From Dicyema japonicum (taxonomy: Eukaryota; Animalia; Dicyemida): a DNA stretch of 64,000 bases. The DNA lies in assembly GCA_011109175.1 (NCBI GenBank), contig RDEW01000027.1, positions 672,511 to 736,510 on the forward strand, written 5' to 3'. A program made the translations under genes and the position numbers. The notes below the pieces were generated by a model. The model had not been told where the DNA came from, ran no database searches, and worked only from the letters and a program-made list of their open reading frames with translations. This document shows, in pieces, positions 62,568-64,000 of the stretch; position 1 is the first letter of the stretch, and every line of letters starts with the position of its first letter.

Positions 62568-64000
62568 CTAATCATCAATGTCACGTGTTAAATCTACTTT
62601 GTTGAATGAATTTTTGTCGACACATCCTCTTAACCCCGTAAGAAATACTTGAGGCTTCGGCACATTTGAATTTCCATCTCCTTTTGTTTGTACTCCAAAT
62701 TCCCTGTTTTATGATTTAAAGTAAATTTAACTTTGGCGGGTAAACCTGAGTACAATTTTCCCTCTTCATATGACTTTTATTAGTTTGACAAGATTTAGTT
62801 ATCTTGGTCCGTAGATTAGCCTAATATCTTTCATGACTACCCATACCAGCTTGATTGCCTGTCGTCTCATCTCCCACTCATTCCACTGATAGTTTGGATC
62901 TATGTGACTTTCCTGCATGTGAAGTTCTGTCTGCATTCCATAATCGCAAGTCCGCTTTGTTGTAAACATGTTAGTCTAAGAATAAAGCATAGATAAAACA
63001 TCAAAGGAGGAATCAACAACTTCAAAGGACTGTTGCAAGTCAAGTAAGCTTATCAGTTCTGGATTTCTATAAGCGATATTTAATATTTTTAGTAAATTTC
63101 TAATTTTTATAAATCATTTTTACTCATTTATGTTTTCGTTGAATTCCACTGCGTTGTTCCTGTCAGAGAAAGCCAAGTATAGGTTTTTATACGCGACTAA
63201 TCCCAGCTTAGAGTTTGCAGGGATCAATAATCCGTTGTATTTCACAAAATTATTTGCACAAAACCCCTTTATTTAAATTTACGTTTATGCCTGCAAATAA
63301 ACTTGAAATTTGTTGTAATTTGGATCATCTGGCCTTACCACTCTATATTTACTGACAAATTGAGGTTGTCCGATCAACTCATGTTCCCTCGGAGTCTTGA
63401 AATATTAAAGTGCATAATTACTTTTAATCGTTCTTCGTTTGTTAACTTTTTTATATTTTTTGTTAAATTTATAATTTTTTCGTTCGTGGTAGAGCTACAG
63501 AACTAATAAATTTTTAAATCCGTCACAACTTCGACAAATTGCTTTAGGTTGGTAAATATATTATTCTGTAAATCCAAAATTATCAGCTCTTCTTGAAATG
63601 CTTTCCAAAAATGATAAATGGAGTAAAATTGGGGCTTCGAAATAACCATGAAAGTACGTAAACTTGGCCAGTTGGCACGGCAGACTTGTCTTGTATGGTA
63701 TTTCTTAGTATTTCCATGGTAGTTTTGAATTGCTGATATAAGTCAGTCATTTCCCTAGCAGAGTTTGACATGTCATTCTCAGTTAGTGTTTACGTTATAC
63801 CAGTAATAAACTTAAATATATTTCATATTGGCGACAGTTCACAATGACGTCCCGTAAAGGAAGTGTGCCTTCATCATCTGATTCGTTGGTTCTATTCAAC
63901 TCCTCAAAGAACGCTATTAATCGTATAATTGTACTAACATGTAACTATGTCGCACGTGTCAACTGTCGATTTGATTTCTTTCTGGATTTCGCCCATCGCT
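62568..64000 (-). CDS. CFAP206: cilia- and flagella-associated protein 206 (5' part outside window), about 9 introns of 23-28 nt in view
   Basis: Spliced: NCRQYEIYL, KSAVPTGQVY|PQF...W.AFQEE, LQ|GFC...GLLIPAN, NPELISLLDL, QTELH..ESHIDPNYQWNEWEMRRQAIKL|ANLR.K.T, RENCTQVYPP, VPKPQVFLTGLRG, VDLTRDIDD*. Confidence 0.9.

Overview
AT-rich eukaryotic (animal) genomic scaffold read with the standard genetic code. It is not prokaryotic, and I see no CRISPR or rRNA. The ORF track fragments every real gene because the genes are split by very short spliceosomal introns, almost all 21-30 nt. Hand-splicing recovers: a TSP1/HormR/GAIN adhesion GPCR (2076-5334, +), calcineurin A (6860-8508, +), a possible GT8-like glycosyltransferase (9952-10952, +), a SIKE/FGFR1OP2-family gene (11276-11926, -), a secreted 3xEF-hand protein (19756-20316, -), cytosolic seryl-tRNA synthetase (24392-26011, +), a PCGF/BMI1-like RING gene (31427-32775, -) and the 3' part of CFAP206 (62568->64000, -). 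Tiny introns plus animal genes suggest a highly derived parasite such as a dicyemid or myxozoan; the motile-cilium gene CFAP206 favours a ciliated one (inference). Most intergenic space is decayed transposon sequence: Jockey/I-like APE-RT LINEs, CRE-like and R4-like RLE LINEs, RTE, pogo, hAT, Tc1 and tRNA-derived SINEs. Most notable signals: (1) two 23-24 nt introns that can only be spliced with a GA donor (GA-AG), plus two GC-AG introns; (2) a tRNA-headed SINE carrying the 3' end of a CRE-clade retrotransposon, with a clean 9-bp TSD; (3) a second tRNA-derived repeat family with about 10 copies. Many 90-250 nt tandem duplications flank single 'n' bases and are best read as assembly artefacts. 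All calls are from manual reading and motif recall; no database search was run.
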